Shown here: positions 17,160-26,770 of the stretch, piece by piece
Layout of the letters: every line of letters starts with the position of its first letter
How positions within the stretch are numbered: position 1 is the first letter of the stretch
NCBI GenBank assembly: GCA_903840355.1
Contig: CAIMFJ010000006.1
Location: 22,995-54,994 of the forward strand
Direction of reading: 5' to 3'
Length of the DNA: 32,000 bases
DNA from: an uncultured Opitutia bacterium
GTDB lineage: Bacteria > Verrucomicrobiota > Verrucomicrobiia > Opitutales > UBA953
Notes under the pieces: generated by a model
What the model saw: only the letters and a program-made list of their open reading frames with translations
What the model was told of the DNA's origin: nothing
Database searches by the model: none
Position numbers and translations under genes: made by a program

Positions 17160-18430
17160 GCGAAATTCCCGAATCTTTACGCCGTCGTTTAACGCGACCT
17201 ACTGCGATCTTTGGTGATGCGGTGAGTGGTCGTGCCGTCGCGGCGGCGTTGGCTTCGAATGGGTTTGCGTCGGTGATTTATGACGAGAAGGGCGCGAATC
17301 AGGTATTTGGTCCGGAGCAAGCGGCCTTGCATGACTTATTAATTTATAGTCCTGGTTTTGCCCAGACCCATCCGTGGATGTTAGTGGCGCGACGGGCTGG
17401 CTTGCAGTGTCTGACGGAATTGGATTTCGGGGCACTGCTCTGGACGGGACCCGCGATTGCGATCACGGGGACCAACGGCAAGACGACTTTAACCGAATTC
17501 TTATCGTTCGCCTTTAAGCGAGCCGGCATTGATGCCTTGGCCTGTGGTAATGTAGGTTTACCGTTTACTTCGCTCTCGAGCACGCAATCGAACGTTTCGT
17601 TTTTGGCGGTAGTGGAAGTGAGTTCTTTCCAAGCGGAAGACTTACGTCACTTTACCCCCGAAGCGGTTTTGTGGACGAATTTCGATGAAGATCACCTCGA
17701 TCGACATGGGGATTTAGAGTCCTATTTCCGAGCCAAATATAAACTCATCGAGCGCATGATGCCCGGAGGTATTTTAGTCGTGGGTGAGTCGGTTGTTTCG
17801 TCCGCCGCTGCGTTTGGCATCGAAATCCCCGAGCATGCTTTCATCGCAAAACGCACGGATGAAAATCTCCCCGTCCCCGCAGGTTCTATTTTTGAAGCTT
17901 GGCCTCAGCGCGAAAACTGGGCGGTGGCGGTGAAGTACTGGCGAGCTCGTGGTTTAGCTGACCGTTACCTCGAAGAGGCGGCACGTTTATTCCGCGCGGC
18001 GCCACACCGCTTACGCAAAGTAGCCGAGGCTCAAGGGATTGAATTTTGGAACGACTCCAAGGGCACGAATTTCCATGCCGTACAAGCCGCCCTCCATCAG
18101 TTTAAAGTTCCTGTCCGCTGGATTGGCGGCGGAAAATGGAAGGGTGGCAATTTACAACGTTTTGCGGAACGGATCGCCCCGCAGATTGAAGCGGCCTATC
18201 TAATCGGCGAAACGGGACCTGAATTACATCAACATTTCACGGCGTTAGGTAAGTCCAGCCGTTGCTTTACTTCGTTACAAGACGCCGTGGTTGCTGCCGC
18301 TAAAGAGGCCCATGCGCCTACGGCGATTTTATTAAGCCCGGGCTTTTCTAGTTTCGACCAATTCCGCGGCTATGCCGAGCGCGGTTTGGTTTTCGAACGC
18401 GCTGCCACGGCCCTCGCGAACCGCACCTAA
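17156..18430 (+). CDS. murD: UDP-MurNAc-L-Ala:D-Glu ligase
   Basis: ITGTNGKTT P-loop, WNDSKGTN, and SPGFSSFDQF near the C-terminus. ATGA overlap with mraY. Confidence 0.88.
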   Translation: MSEIPESLRRRLTRPTAIFGDAVSGRAVAAALASNGFASVIYDEKGANQVFGPEQAALHDLLIYSPGFAQTHPWMLVARRAGLQCLTELDFGALLWTGPAIAITGTNGKTTLTEFLSFAFKRAGIDALACGNVGLPFTSLSSTQSNVSFLAVVEVSSFQAEDLRHFTPEAVLWTNFDEDHLDRHGDLESYFRAKYKLIERMMPGGILVVGESVVSSAAAFGIEIPEHAFIAKRTDENLPVPAGSIFEAWPQRENWAVAVKYWRARGLADRYLEEAARLFRAAPHRLRKVAEAQGIEFWNDSKGTNFHAVQAALHQFKVPVRWIGGGKWKGGNLQRFAERIAPQIEAAYLIGETGPELHQHFTALGKSSRCFTSLQDAVVAAAKEAHAPTAILLSPGFSSFDQFRGYAERGLVFERAATALANRT

Positions 18431-18470
18431 TTTCTCAACTAAAACCCACCCACCCAAAACATCCTCAACT

Positions 18471-19061
18471 ATGCGACCTATTATTACTGTCTCCGCCGTC
18501 GTACTCCTCCACTTGTGCGTCGTCGCGGTGCTCGTCAGCCTCAACGGCTGCCGCAGTACCAGCGGCTTTGAACAAGATGGCGACCTCGCGGCTTATTCCG
18601 CTGGGGCTCGTCCCGTCGGTTCCAGTGCGACGCGTTTTGCCCCGGCCACGCCTGTGGCACCGACGACCACGCCAGCACCTGTACCTACGGATCGCATCAG
18701 CACGCCCGCCCCTACGAAAGTCACTCCCGCTACGGCGGTGGGTCCAGGTGGCACGTATGTCGTTAAGCCCAACGACAGTTTATTCGTCATCGCGGCACGC
18801 GAAAAAGTTTCGGCCAGTGCTTTAGCCGCCGCCAACGGTTTACAACTCAACGCCGTGTTACGCGTGGGCCAAAAACTAAAAATCCCAGCACCCGGCGCTA
18901 CGCCTAAGACGTTAGCTCCCAAGTCTTCTGCGACGGGTAAAACTGAGTCAGCCAACACCGGTGCGGTGGATAATGGGCCTACGTTCACGCCCGTTAAATT
19001 AGTGCCTCTCACGGGTAATGGTGCCGCCCCCGCGGATGCTGCTGCTACTCCCGCTAAGTAA
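18471..19061 (+). CDS. LysM-domain envelope protein (possible lipoprotein) embedded in the dcw cluster
   Basis: The ATG at 18471 gives MRPIITVSAVVLLHLCVVAVLVSLNGC, a signal/anchor with a Cys after an LNG lipobox-like sequence. A Pro/Thr/Ala-rich linker follows, then one LysM motif (YVVKPNDSLFVIAAREKVSASALAAANGLQLNAVLRVGQKLKIP) and a low-complexity tail. The ORF-track start at 18372 would overlap murD by 59 nt and adds no recognisable sequence. Confidence 0.7.
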   Translation: MRPIITVSAVVLLHLCVVAVLVSLNGCRSTSGFEQDGDLAAYSAGARPVGSSATRFAPATPVAPTTTPAPVPTDRISTPAPTKVTPATAVGPGGTYVVKPNDSLFVIAAREKVSASALAAANGLQLNAVLRVGQKLKIPAPGATPKTLAPKSSATGKTESANTGAVDNGPTFTPVKLVPLTGNGAAPADAAATPAK

Positions 19062-19074
19062 GTCCTAACGCTCG

Positions 19075-20289
19075 ATGATCATTAAGGTCAAAGCAGAGAA
19101 TTCCGGTGCCCTGGGTGGGTATGCCTTTTCGATTGCTGCTTTGGCCTTAATGCTCGCGGTGTTTGGCTTGGTGGTACAGTACAGTGCGGGGATTTCGTTA
19201 TCGGCGAGTAATCGCACGGCGGCCTTTGAGCGTCAGTTGATTTACGTCCCGTTTGCGTTCATCGCTGCTTGGTTCGCTTATCGTTTAAACTTGGACATGG
19301 TCCGGCAGTATGCGTGGAAAATCTTTTTCATCGCCATGGGGGTGATGGTCCTCGCCCGGATTCCTGGTATCGGCGTTTCGGTGAATGGCTCTTGGCGCTG
19401 GATTGATCTTTATATTATCCGCCTCCAAGCCTCGGATTTAGGTAAACTGGCCTTAGTTATTTTGATGGCTCACTTATTGGCGGGGATGCAGCGTCATACG
19501 TTACCTGCTAATTTTAAAATCTTCCAGTTCAGCGGACGCTCGCCGTATTTATTCACGCGTGCAGGTTGGGTGGATTTTCGCGAAGGCTTTTTGCGTCCCA
19601 GTTTTATCCTGCTCGCGATTTGCTTTGGCATCGCTTTAGGCCCGGACCTGGGGACCATCATCCTGTGCTGTGCGGTCGGTGGCGCGATGATGTACATTTC
19701 AGGGGTACGTATGTTGTACATTGCCCCAAGCGTACTCTGTGCCATCGCGGGTTTCGTGCTGCTAATTTTAAATTGGGGCAATCGCTTCCGCCGCATTTTA
19801 TCTTTCTTAGATCCTTGGGGACGTCGTGGGGATGAAGCTTACCAACTCTTTGAAGGTATGGTAGCGTTTGGCGTGGGTGGCGTGACGGGGAAGGGCGCCG
19901 GTAATGGTTTACAAGGTCGGGCTTTTTTACCCGAAGCCCATACGGACTTTGTTTTTTCGGTGATTGGCGAAGAGTATGGTCTCATCGCCACGAGCACGAT
20001 TGCCCTCATCTACCTGACGATTTTTATTTTGTCATACCGGGCGATGCGTCAGTCGACGGACCTCTTCCGCCTAAACGTGTGTTTGGGCGCGACGTTGTTC
20101 TTAGTCTTGCAAGCCTTGGTGAACATGGGGGTCGTCACAGGTTTGCTTCCCACGAAAGGCATCTCGCTTCCTTTTATCAGTTATGGTGGTACGAATTTGG
20201 TCATCATGGCGTGCATGATTGGGTTGGTGCTGAATTGTATTCGCGCTTCGGTCGAGCCCCCCTTCACGCCTAAGGAGGCGCGGCAATGA
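19075..20289 (+). CDS. ftsW: SEDS-family peptidoglycan glycosyltransferase FtsW
   Basis: About 10 TM segments. SEDS motifs are present (RIPGIGVSVNGSWRWI, QASDLGKLALVI, PEAHTDFVFSVIGEEYGL, GLLPTKGISLPFISYGGT). Sits in the murD-ftsW-murG slot. Confidence 0.88.
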   Translation: MIIKVKAENSGALGGYAFSIAALALMLAVFGLVVQYSAGISLSASNRTAAFERQLIYVPFAFIAAWFAYRLNLDMVRQYAWKIFFIAMGVMVLARIPGIGVSVNGSWRWIDLYIIRLQASDLGKLALVILMAHLLAGMQRHTLPANFKIFQFSGRSPYLFTRAGWVDFREGFLRPSFILLAICFGIALGPDLGTIILCCAVGGAMMYISGVRMLYIAPSVLCAIAGFVLLILNWGNRFRRILSFLDPWGRRGDEAYQLFEGMVAFGVGGVTGKGAGNGLQGRAFLPEAHTDFVFSVIGEEYGLIATSTIALIYLTIFILSYRAMRQSTDLFRLNVCLGATLFLVLQALVNMGVVTGLLPTKGISLPFISYGGTNLVIMACMIGLVLNCIRASVEPPFTPKEARQ

Positions 20290-21374
20290 GCCGGATTCTT
20301 TTAGTTTGTGGTGGCACCGGCGGTCACCTCGCCCCAGGCATTGCCTTGGCCCAGCGTCTGACCGAAGAAGGGCATGAGTGTTTGCTGATGGTCAGTCGGA
20401 AGACGGTGGATGCGCGGATGACGGCGAATTACCCTCGGTTAAAATTTATCGCAGGTTCGGGTCGGGGTTGGGGTTCGGGCCTGTGGAATAAAGTTTTATT
20501 TTTTCCCGCCTTGTTAGGGGCGATTAGTAACGCCTGGCGGTTGTTGGGGAGTTTTAATCCCGACACGGTGGTATGTTTCGGTGGCTTTATGAGTTTAGGA
20601 CCAGCCCTCGCGGCTTGGTTGCGCCGTCGTCCTTTGATTGTCCATGAAGCCAATCGTAAGACGGGTAAGGCGGTGCGTTTGATTGCACGTTTTGCGGATG
20701 CGGTGCATTTGCCACCAGGGGTGCGCATTCCAGGGATTGCCGAAAGTCGGCAGCATGATTCAGGCTATCCAGTCCGTCAGGAGGTGCGCCCGGCGGCCCG
20801 TGATGCGGCCCGTCGGGCTTTAGGGTTTCCTTTCACCGGTAAACTTTTGTTGGTCGCAGGTGGCAGCCAAGGGGCGCAAAAACTCACGCGTTGGGTCGAG
20901 TCGGCTTGGCCCGAATTAGCGACCCGCGGTATTCACGTTTTGGCTTTAACGGGTCCGAATGGCCAGGAAGTTGAACGACGCGAGGGGAGTGCGGTTTTAA
21001 AATTCTTACCGTTCAGTCACCAAATGGGCCACGTATATTCGGCAGCGGATTTAGCCGTGACGCGGGCGGGTGCGGGGACGTTAGCTGAATTGGCTAGTTG
21101 TCGGACGCCAGCCATTTTAGTGCCGTTGCCCTCGGCCGCCGAAGACCACCAAACTGCCAATGCGGTGTTCATGACCAAAACGGGGGCCGCTTTGTTATTA
21201 GCCGAACGCGACCTGCCGGAGTTAACCCCCTTGGTGTTAAAAAACATTTCCGATGCGGAGGCATTGGCCGCCATGCGCAATGCTTTAGCTTTAGCCGACA
21301 CGCGTAATCGTTGGGAAGATCTCGCCCAAGAAACTATCACTCGAGCCCGGGCTTTTCGCCCGCAACCCGCATGA
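20286..21374 (+). CDS. murG: UDP-GlcNAc:lipid I N-acetylglucosaminyltransferase
   Basis: GGTGGHLAPGIALA near the N-terminus, GGSQGA, and HQTANA in the C-terminal half. ATGA overlaps on both sides. Confidence 0.9.
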   Translation: MSRILLVCGGTGGHLAPGIALAQRLTEEGHECLLMVSRKTVDARMTANYPRLKFIAGSGRGWGSGLWNKVLFFPALLGAISNAWRLLGSFNPDTVVCFGGFMSLGPALAAWLRRRPLIVHEANRKTGKAVRLIARFADAVHLPPGVRIPGIAESRQHDSGYPVRQEVRPAARDAARRALGFPFTGKLLLVAGGSQGAQKLTRWVESAWPELATRGIHVLALTGPNGQEVERREGSAVLKFLPFSHQMGHVYSAADLAVTRAGAGTLAELASCRTPAILVPLPSAAEDHQTANAVFMTKTGAALLLAERDLPELTPLVLKNISDAEALAAMRNALALADTRNRWEDLAQETITRARAFRPQPA

Positions 21375-23647
21375 GTCGCTCGGCTTGGTTATTAGGCGCT
21401 TGTGGTATGGGCGTTGGCCCCTTGGCGATTTATTTAAAAGGGGAGGGCTGGGAAGTTTCGGGTTGGGACGATGCTCCCGGAAGTCCCATGGAGTTGCCTT
21501 TAGCGAACGCGGAAATCCCGTTGTTGCGTGATCCTTGGACGGCAGGTCGTCAGCCTACCATCGTGGGTCGCTCGAGTGCGGTTAAACCGGGTCACCCCGC
21601 TTTGCATTTAGCGCAGCAACATCAAGTTGAAGTCTTGCAGCGCGGCCAACTCCTCGCCCGCAGCGTGGCCCAACGTCGCTTCGTCGCGGTGTGTGGGAGT
21701 CACGGTAAGACCACGACCTGTGGGATGATTGTGGCGGCGTTGACGCAAGCGAAGGCGGATTTTGGTTATGTTTTAGGCGGTCTTTTTCGCGATCCACAGT
21801 TTCCTCCCGCACGGGCTTCGAGTACCTCGCCTTGGGTGGTGGCAGAAGTGGATGAAAGCGATGGCACCATTGGGGCTTTTTCGCCTGATATCACGGTGGC
21901 CGTGAATTTAGATTGGGATCATCCCGATTACTACCGCGACGAAGCCGACTTGGAGCGAGTGTTTCGCGCGCTGTTTGAACGCACGCGCACCGCAATTTTT
22001 ATTCCTGCAGGCAATGAACGTTTGGAGCGTTTGACCGCGGGCTTAGCGATTCCGGTGTGGCGCGTGGGTTTGCAGGGCGATTATCAAATTCAACCCGTAG
22101 CGGGTGATCACGCTTCCTCGGTTCTGGCACTCAGTGGTAAATTTCCCGCCGGACAAGTCGAACTGCCAGTTGCGGGGACGTTTAATCGAGCGAATGCGGC
22201 GATGGCTCTGGCAGTCACGCATCAAATCACGGGGCAATTAGTGCCTGAACCTTTGGCAAAGTGGCGCGGGATTCGTCGCCGCCAAGACGTTTTGTTTGAG
22301 CGCCAAGGGCTGCGCGTTTTAGCCGACTACGCGCATCACCCGACAGAGATTGTCGCCTTGTTGCGTTGGATTCGCGAGACCCACCACGGACGTTTAATTG
22401 TGGTTTTTCAACCGCACCGTCATACCCGTACCAAGCAATATGCCGTGGAATTTCGCGAGGCCTTGAGTGCGGCAAACCACGCCATTGTTTTGCCGGTCTA
22501 CTCGGCAGGTGAAGCGGCCATTGAAGGAGGTCACTCGGAGGCCGTGGTGGCGGGCTCACGTCACCAATTGCTTGGCGACCGTTCGCAACTCCCGCGATTG
22601 CTTCAAGAACTGGCCGACGGAGAAGAGAGTGTCATCGCTTTTGTTGGGGCGGGTGACATTGAGCGCGATGCGGAAAATTTTGCTAAAGTCTTACGCCATT
22701 CTACGGACCTTGTTTGGTCGAAGGATTTGCCAGACTTAATCAGCCAGCAACTCAGTCCAGAAACCGTGCTGCGGGCGAATGAGCCGTTAGCCCGCCATAC
22801 CACATTGGGGTTAGGTGGGGCGGCACGTTGGTGGGCGGAGCCAGCTCATGTAGAAGACTTAAAGGTGCTGTTAAAAGCCGCGGGTGAGTTGGACTTGCGG
22901 ACTTTTATTTTAGGACGTGGCTCCAACCTCTGGGTGTCATCCGAAGGCTACGAGGGCTTGGTTATTCATTTAGCGGCCTCGCACTGGGGGCAGATTGAAT
23001 TAGTAGAACCAGGCAAAGTACGCGTCGGAGCCGGGGTGCGTCTTAAAGAACTTTGTGGTTGGGCTGCTAAGGCGGGTTTAGCAGGCTTTGAATTTTTAGA
23101 AGGCATCCCTGGCACCATCGGAGGTTCCTTGCGCATGAATGCGGGGGCCATGGGTGGGTGGATCTTTGATTTAGTAGAATCCATTGAATGGCTCTCCCCG
23201 CAGGGCAAGGTACGGGTAGCCCGTCGCGACTGTTTTGATGCCCTTTACCGGGATTGTCCGCAATTGCGGGGCACGGTTGTTTTATCCGCGGTTTTAAAAG
23301 CTAAAGCCCAAGCCAAGCCCGAGGTCATTCGCGAACAAATGGAGACCTGGGCCCAACGTCGGCGTCAAACCCAGCCCCGCGAAGCGAGTGCTGGCTGTGT
23401 CTTCCGCAATCCCCCTGGAGCGGCGGCGGGGCAGTTGATTGAAGCGGTTGGCTTGAAAGGTCACACCGTCGGTGGGGTGATGGTGTCGCCCGTGCATGCC
23501 AACTTTTTAGTCCAGCAAGGGGAGGCCCGCCCCGAAGATTTTATTCAAGCCATGAAGGATGTCCGCCAAGCGGTGCGACAACAACAGGGGATTGAATTAG
23601 AGCCCGAAATCATTGCACTCGGCCACGAATGGAAGGAACTCCTATGA
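21371..23647 (+). CDS. murC/murB: Fused UDP-MurNAc:L-Ala ligase (MurC, N-terminal) / UDP-N-acetylenolpyruvoylglucosamine reductase (MurB, C-terminal)
   Basis: The ATG at 21371 forms an ATGA overlap with the murG stop. The N-terminal roughly 460 aa are MurC-like (GMGVGPLAIYL, VCGSHGKTTT, DYAHHPTEI). From about nt 22750 the sequence is MurB-like (EPLARHTTLGLGGAARWW, GRGSNLWV, GAGVRL, GIPGTIGGSLRMNAGA, SAGCVFRNP, VSPVHANFLV). It is one uninterrupted frame. Confidence 0.85.
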   Translation: MSRSAWLLGACGMGVGPLAIYLKGEGWEVSGWDDAPGSPMELPLANAEIPLLRDPWTAGRQPTIVGRSSAVKPGHPALHLAQQHQVEVLQRGQLLARSVAQRRFVAVCGSHGKTTTCGMIVAALTQAKADFGYVLGGLFRDPQFPPARASSTSPWVVAEVDESDGTIGAFSPDITVAVNLDWDHPDYYRDEADLERVFRALFERTRTAIFIPAGNERLERLTAGLAIPVWRVGLQGDYQIQPVAGDHASSVLALSGKFPAGQVELPVAGTFNRANAAMALAVTHQITGQLVPEPLAKWRGIRRRQDVLFERQGLRVLADYAHHPTEIVALLRWIRETHHGRLIVVFQPHRHTRTKQYAVEFREALSAANHAIVLPVYSAGEAAIEGGHSEAVVAGSRHQLLGDRSQLPRLLQELADGEESVIAFVGAGDIERDAENFAKVLRHSTDLVWSKDLPDLISQQLSPETVLRANEPLARHTTLGLGGAARWWAEPAHVEDLKVLLKAAGELDLRTFILGRGSNLWVSSEGYEGLVIHLAASHWGQIELVEPGKVRVGAGVRLKELCGWAAKAGLAGFEFLEGIPGTIGGSLRMNAGAMGGWIFDLVESIEWLSPQGKVRVARRDCFDALYRDCPQLRGTVVLSAVLKAKAQAKPEVIREQMETWAQRRRQTQPREASAGCVFRNPPGAAAGQLIEAVGLKGHTVGGVMVSPVHANFLVQQGEARPEDFIQAMKDVRQAVRQQQGIELEPEIIALGHEWKELL

Positions 23648-24570
23648 GACCTAACCCGCAAATCGTGGTGCTCTGTGGTGCCATCTCGCCCGAGCGCGAA
23701 GTCTCGCTCCGTTCGGGTCGGGCCGTGGCTGCGGCTTTACCGGGCTCGGTCTTAGTAGAATTAAACGAGAACGCATTACCGTCTTGGCTGCAAGGTCCGG
23801 GCTACGTGGCTTTCCCTGTGATCCATGGTGATTACGGTGAAGATGGACAGGTGCAGGCCGAGTTGACCCGACGTCAGGTGTCTTTTGCGGGCTGTGATGA
23901 GGTTACGAGTCGTTTATGTATCGATAAAGTGGCGACTAAGCGCGTCATGCGCCAAGCGGGCGTCCCGGCGATTCCAGAAGTCGCTTTCAGTGGGCAAAAC
24001 CTCCCGACGGCCGAGACCTTGGTGCAGACTTTGGGTGAGGAAATGGTCATCAAGCCTGCGGATAAGGGTAGCAGTGTGGGGTTGTATGTTCTAAAAGGAC
24101 GCGAGCAAATCATGGCCGTGCTACAAGAACTTTCCCCGACTGGCCAGTGGATGGCCGAACGGCGTTTGCGAGGTCGTGAGTTATCCTTAGGAATCTTAAA
24201 CGGTCAGCCGATGGGCATTGTTGAAATTGTCCCCATGCAGGGAGTTTATGATTACCGGACCAAGTATACCGCAGGGGCCTCGAATTACCTTTTCCCCGCC
24301 CCGATAGATGCCGGGTTTACGGCCGCGATCCAAGCCCAGGCCGCCAACTTGTTCCAAGCGTGTGGCTGCCGCGACTTTGCTCGGGCGGACGTGATTTTAG
24401 AGCCCGACGGTAAATTCTATTTTCTCGAAATTAACACCATGCCTGGCATGACTGAAACGAGCCTCATGCCAAAAAGTGCTTCTTGTTTGGGCCTTGATTT
24501 TCCTGCCCTCGTGCAACGGATGATCGCCCCCGCTCTCCAGCGTGCTCACGCTACGTCTGCCTCATGCTAA
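23644..24570 (+). CDS. ddl: D-alanine--D-alanine ligase
   Basis: The ATG at 23644 forms an ATGA overlap with the murC/B stop. Matches CGAISPEREVSLRSG, HGDYGEDGQVQ, an ATP-grasp core and FLEINTMPGMTETSLMPKSA. Confidence 0.9.
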   Translation: MRPNPQIVVLCGAISPEREVSLRSGRAVAAALPGSVLVELNENALPSWLQGPGYVAFPVIHGDYGEDGQVQAELTRRQVSFAGCDEVTSRLCIDKVATKRVMRQAGVPAIPEVAFSGQNLPTAETLVQTLGEEMVIKPADKGSSVGLYVLKGREQIMAVLQELSPTGQWMAERRLRGRELSLGILNGQPMGIVEIVPMQGVYDYRTKYTAGASNYLFPAPIDAGFTAAIQAQAANLFQACGCRDFARADVILEPDGKFYFLEINTMPGMTETSLMPKSASCLGLDFPALVQRMIAPALQRAHATSASC

Positions 24571-25535
24571 ATTTCTTCAAAAAGTTTTTTGGTAAACGCC
24601 GCGACGCTTACATGGGTCCGGAGCATCATGATTGGCGCACGATGGTGCCGCAGAATGTGTCGCGCTTGCCCGGAAGTGATTTAGGTCGTCGGCGGGTTGT
24701 TCGTTCGCGCCTGCCCTATGCACTGACGTTCCTCTTCTTCGTTCTTTTGGCCGTGGTTCTTTGGTTCTCAATTGATGAGGCCACACCCGAAAGTAAAAAC
24801 GCTCTGCTCCGTTTTAATACCGATGGTTTTTTGAATGTAGGTTACGTTCAAAAAGTTTTAGCCACGAATCCACAAGGCACGGCTCGGGAAGTGCGGGCGA
24901 TTCGGGCCGATTTGGAAGCCGATAACCAAGTGCTCAGCGCTCAAGTTGCCCGGCGGGCAGATGGTTCGTTAGATATTAATTTGAAAGAGCGCGTGGCGGT
25001 AGCCCGTGTGGCCTTGAATGCTCCGACTGGCGGACCGTTGGTGATTCGTCTCGTTAGTCCCGAGGGTCTGACTTTCTCGGGTCAAAATTACCCAGAGCAA
25101 GCCATTCGCAATTTACCGGAAATTTTAGAATTCCGTTTCACGGGTTCGGGAGATCAATTGAACATTGATGGCTTAGACATTGTCGGGGAGTTCCTGTTAG
25201 CCGCCCGGACGCAATATCCCAATCATTATAAGCAATGGGCGGCGGTTTCGTTGCGCGATTGCTTTGGGGCGCAAGGCAGCACGCCCAGCTCGAGTTTGCA
25301 CGTTATTATCCGTCCAGGTACGCAACCCCTCGATCGTCCGGCGCTCAATGAAATCGTCTTTTCCACTGGCGATTGGCGCTCGGAATTACTGCTACTTTCG
25401 CGCCTCGATCTCGAGGGCCTTCTTCGCAAGCCCGCCGCCACGGCTCCAGCTTACGTTTTAAAATTATCGATTCAGAATCGTACTTCCTCTCAACCCATTC
25501 CTGAACCCCGCCTCGTTCCCGTTACCACCCGATGA
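24564..25535 (+). CDS. ftsQ: Cell division protein FtsQ (bitopic, POTRA domain)
   Basis: Has a cytoplasmic N-terminus, one TM helix (LPYALTFLFFVLLAVVLWFSI) and a POTRA-like segment (LDINLKERVAVARV). Sits in the canonical slot between ddl and ftsA. Confidence 0.7.
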   Translation: MLNFFKKFFGKRRDAYMGPEHHDWRTMVPQNVSRLPGSDLGRRRVVRSRLPYALTFLFFVLLAVVLWFSIDEATPESKNALLRFNTDGFLNVGYVQKVLATNPQGTAREVRAIRADLEADNQVLSAQVARRADGSLDINLKERVAVARVALNAPTGGPLVIRLVSPEGLTFSGQNYPEQAIRNLPEILEFRFTGSGDQLNIDGLDIVGEFLLAARTQYPNHYKQWAAVSLRDCFGAQGSTPSSSLHVIIRPGTQPLDRPALNEIVFSTGDWRSELLLLSRLDLEGLLRKPAATAPAYVLKLSIQNRTSSQPIPEPRLVPVTTR

Positions 25536-26767
25536 CTCCGAAACCGCTCCCCAGTATTATCACGGTGATTGATATCGGTACGCACAAGACGACTAGCTTG
25601 GCGGGACAAGTGGTGAACGGCCAAGCCCGGATGATTGGCTTTAGCGAACGTCCGACCGATGGCGTGGTGAAGGGGATGGTTACGGATTTGGAGAAATTAC
25701 AGCTCTGCGTGCATGAAGTGGTGAATGATGTGGAACGCACGATGGGTCGGGCGGTGGACGAAGTTTACCTTTCGCTCTCCGGCCCTGATGCGGAAGGCGA
25801 GCGCGTGCATGGCTATACCAGTGTGCCCGCCCATGATGGTAAAATTACTAATAAGGATTTGAAGGAAGCCATCGAGAATGCGAAGTGCAAGGAGCCCCCA
25901 TCAGGGTGTGTTTCGATTCTCTATATGCGTCAGCCTACCATGGTGGATGGGAAGCCGGTCGGCAATCCGGTGGGCATGACGGGCCAAAAAATTGAAGTAA
26001 ATTTTTGGCGGGTCACGATGAAGCACACCGGTCTTGCCATGCGGGTGGGGATGATCAACAGCATGGGGATTAAGGTACATGATTTTGTCTTAGCTTCGCA
26101 TGCAGCCGCCTGTGCCGTCGTGACGGATACAGATAAAAAAGGGGGAGTGCTCGTGATTGATGTTGGTGCGGGGACCACGAATTGGATTTTATACTTTAAA
26201 GAACACATCCTGTGCGCTGGAGCGATTTCGGTGGGTGGGGAGCACATTACGAATGACCTAAGCATTGCCTTACGGATTAGCCGCGAAACCGCCGAAGACT
26301 TGAAGGTGCGTTTTGGTTCGGGGGTGCATCGCGATACCGATGCGAATCAGACGATTTGGAAAGATGGCGATCGCGGGGTGGGCGATCAGCAATTCAACCG
26401 TGGCACCATCACTCAAGTCACGGCCCTGCGTTTCCAAGAGACTTTAAACTTTGTGAAGCGTGATGTAATGACTCGGGTGGGTGAAATATTTAAAAATCCA
26501 ACGCCCGAACTTAATCAGAATTTTATCCCCTCGGGGGTAATCATCACCGGGGGCACGGCGAATTTACATGATGCCACGGAAGGAGTGGAGAAAGTCTTTG
26601 GGCTCTCTGCGCGGGTGGGTACACCTAAGTTTGAAAACGAAAGTTTCCGCAAACCCCAGTATGCTGGAGTTGTGGGTTTGATGACGGCAGCCATCGCGGA
26701 TGCTCCAGCTCCCAAACGTGCCCCCAAGGGTTTCTTGCCTTGGCTCAAATCGCTTTTCCGCTTCTGA
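25532..26767 (+). CDS. ftsA: Cell division protein FtsA (actin-like ATPase)
   Basis: Has actin-fold phosphate motifs (VIDIGTHKTTSL, VIDVGAGTTNW, ITGGTANL) and a C-terminal amphipathic tail (GFLPWLKSLFRF) like the FtsA membrane-targeting helix. Confidence 0.88.
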   Translation: MTPKPLPSIITVIDIGTHKTTSLAGQVVNGQARMIGFSERPTDGVVKGMVTDLEKLQLCVHEVVNDVERTMGRAVDEVYLSLSGPDAEGERVHGYTSVPAHDGKITNKDLKEAIENAKCKEPPSGCVSILYMRQPTMVDGKPVGNPVGMTGQKIEVNFWRVTMKHTGLAMRVGMINSMGIKVHDFVLASHAAACAVVTDTDKKGGVLVIDVGAGTTNWILYFKEHILCAGAISVGGEHITNDLSIALRISRETAEDLKVRFGSGVHRDTDANQTIWKDGDRGVGDQQFNRGTITQVTALRFQETLNFVKRDVMTRVGEIFKNPTPELNQNFIPSGVIITGGTANLHDATEGVEKVFGLSARVGTPKFENESFRKPQYAGVVGLMTAAIADAPAPKRAPKGFLPWLKSLFRF

Positions 26768-26770
26768 GCT

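Noticed and set aside
18568-19012. An alternative-frame + ORF (85 aa) and a minus-strand ORF (139 aa) within the LysM gene
   Set aside because: They arise from the Pro/Ala/Thr-rich low-complexity linker, which stays open in several frames. Only the annotated frame contains the signal peptide and LysM motif.
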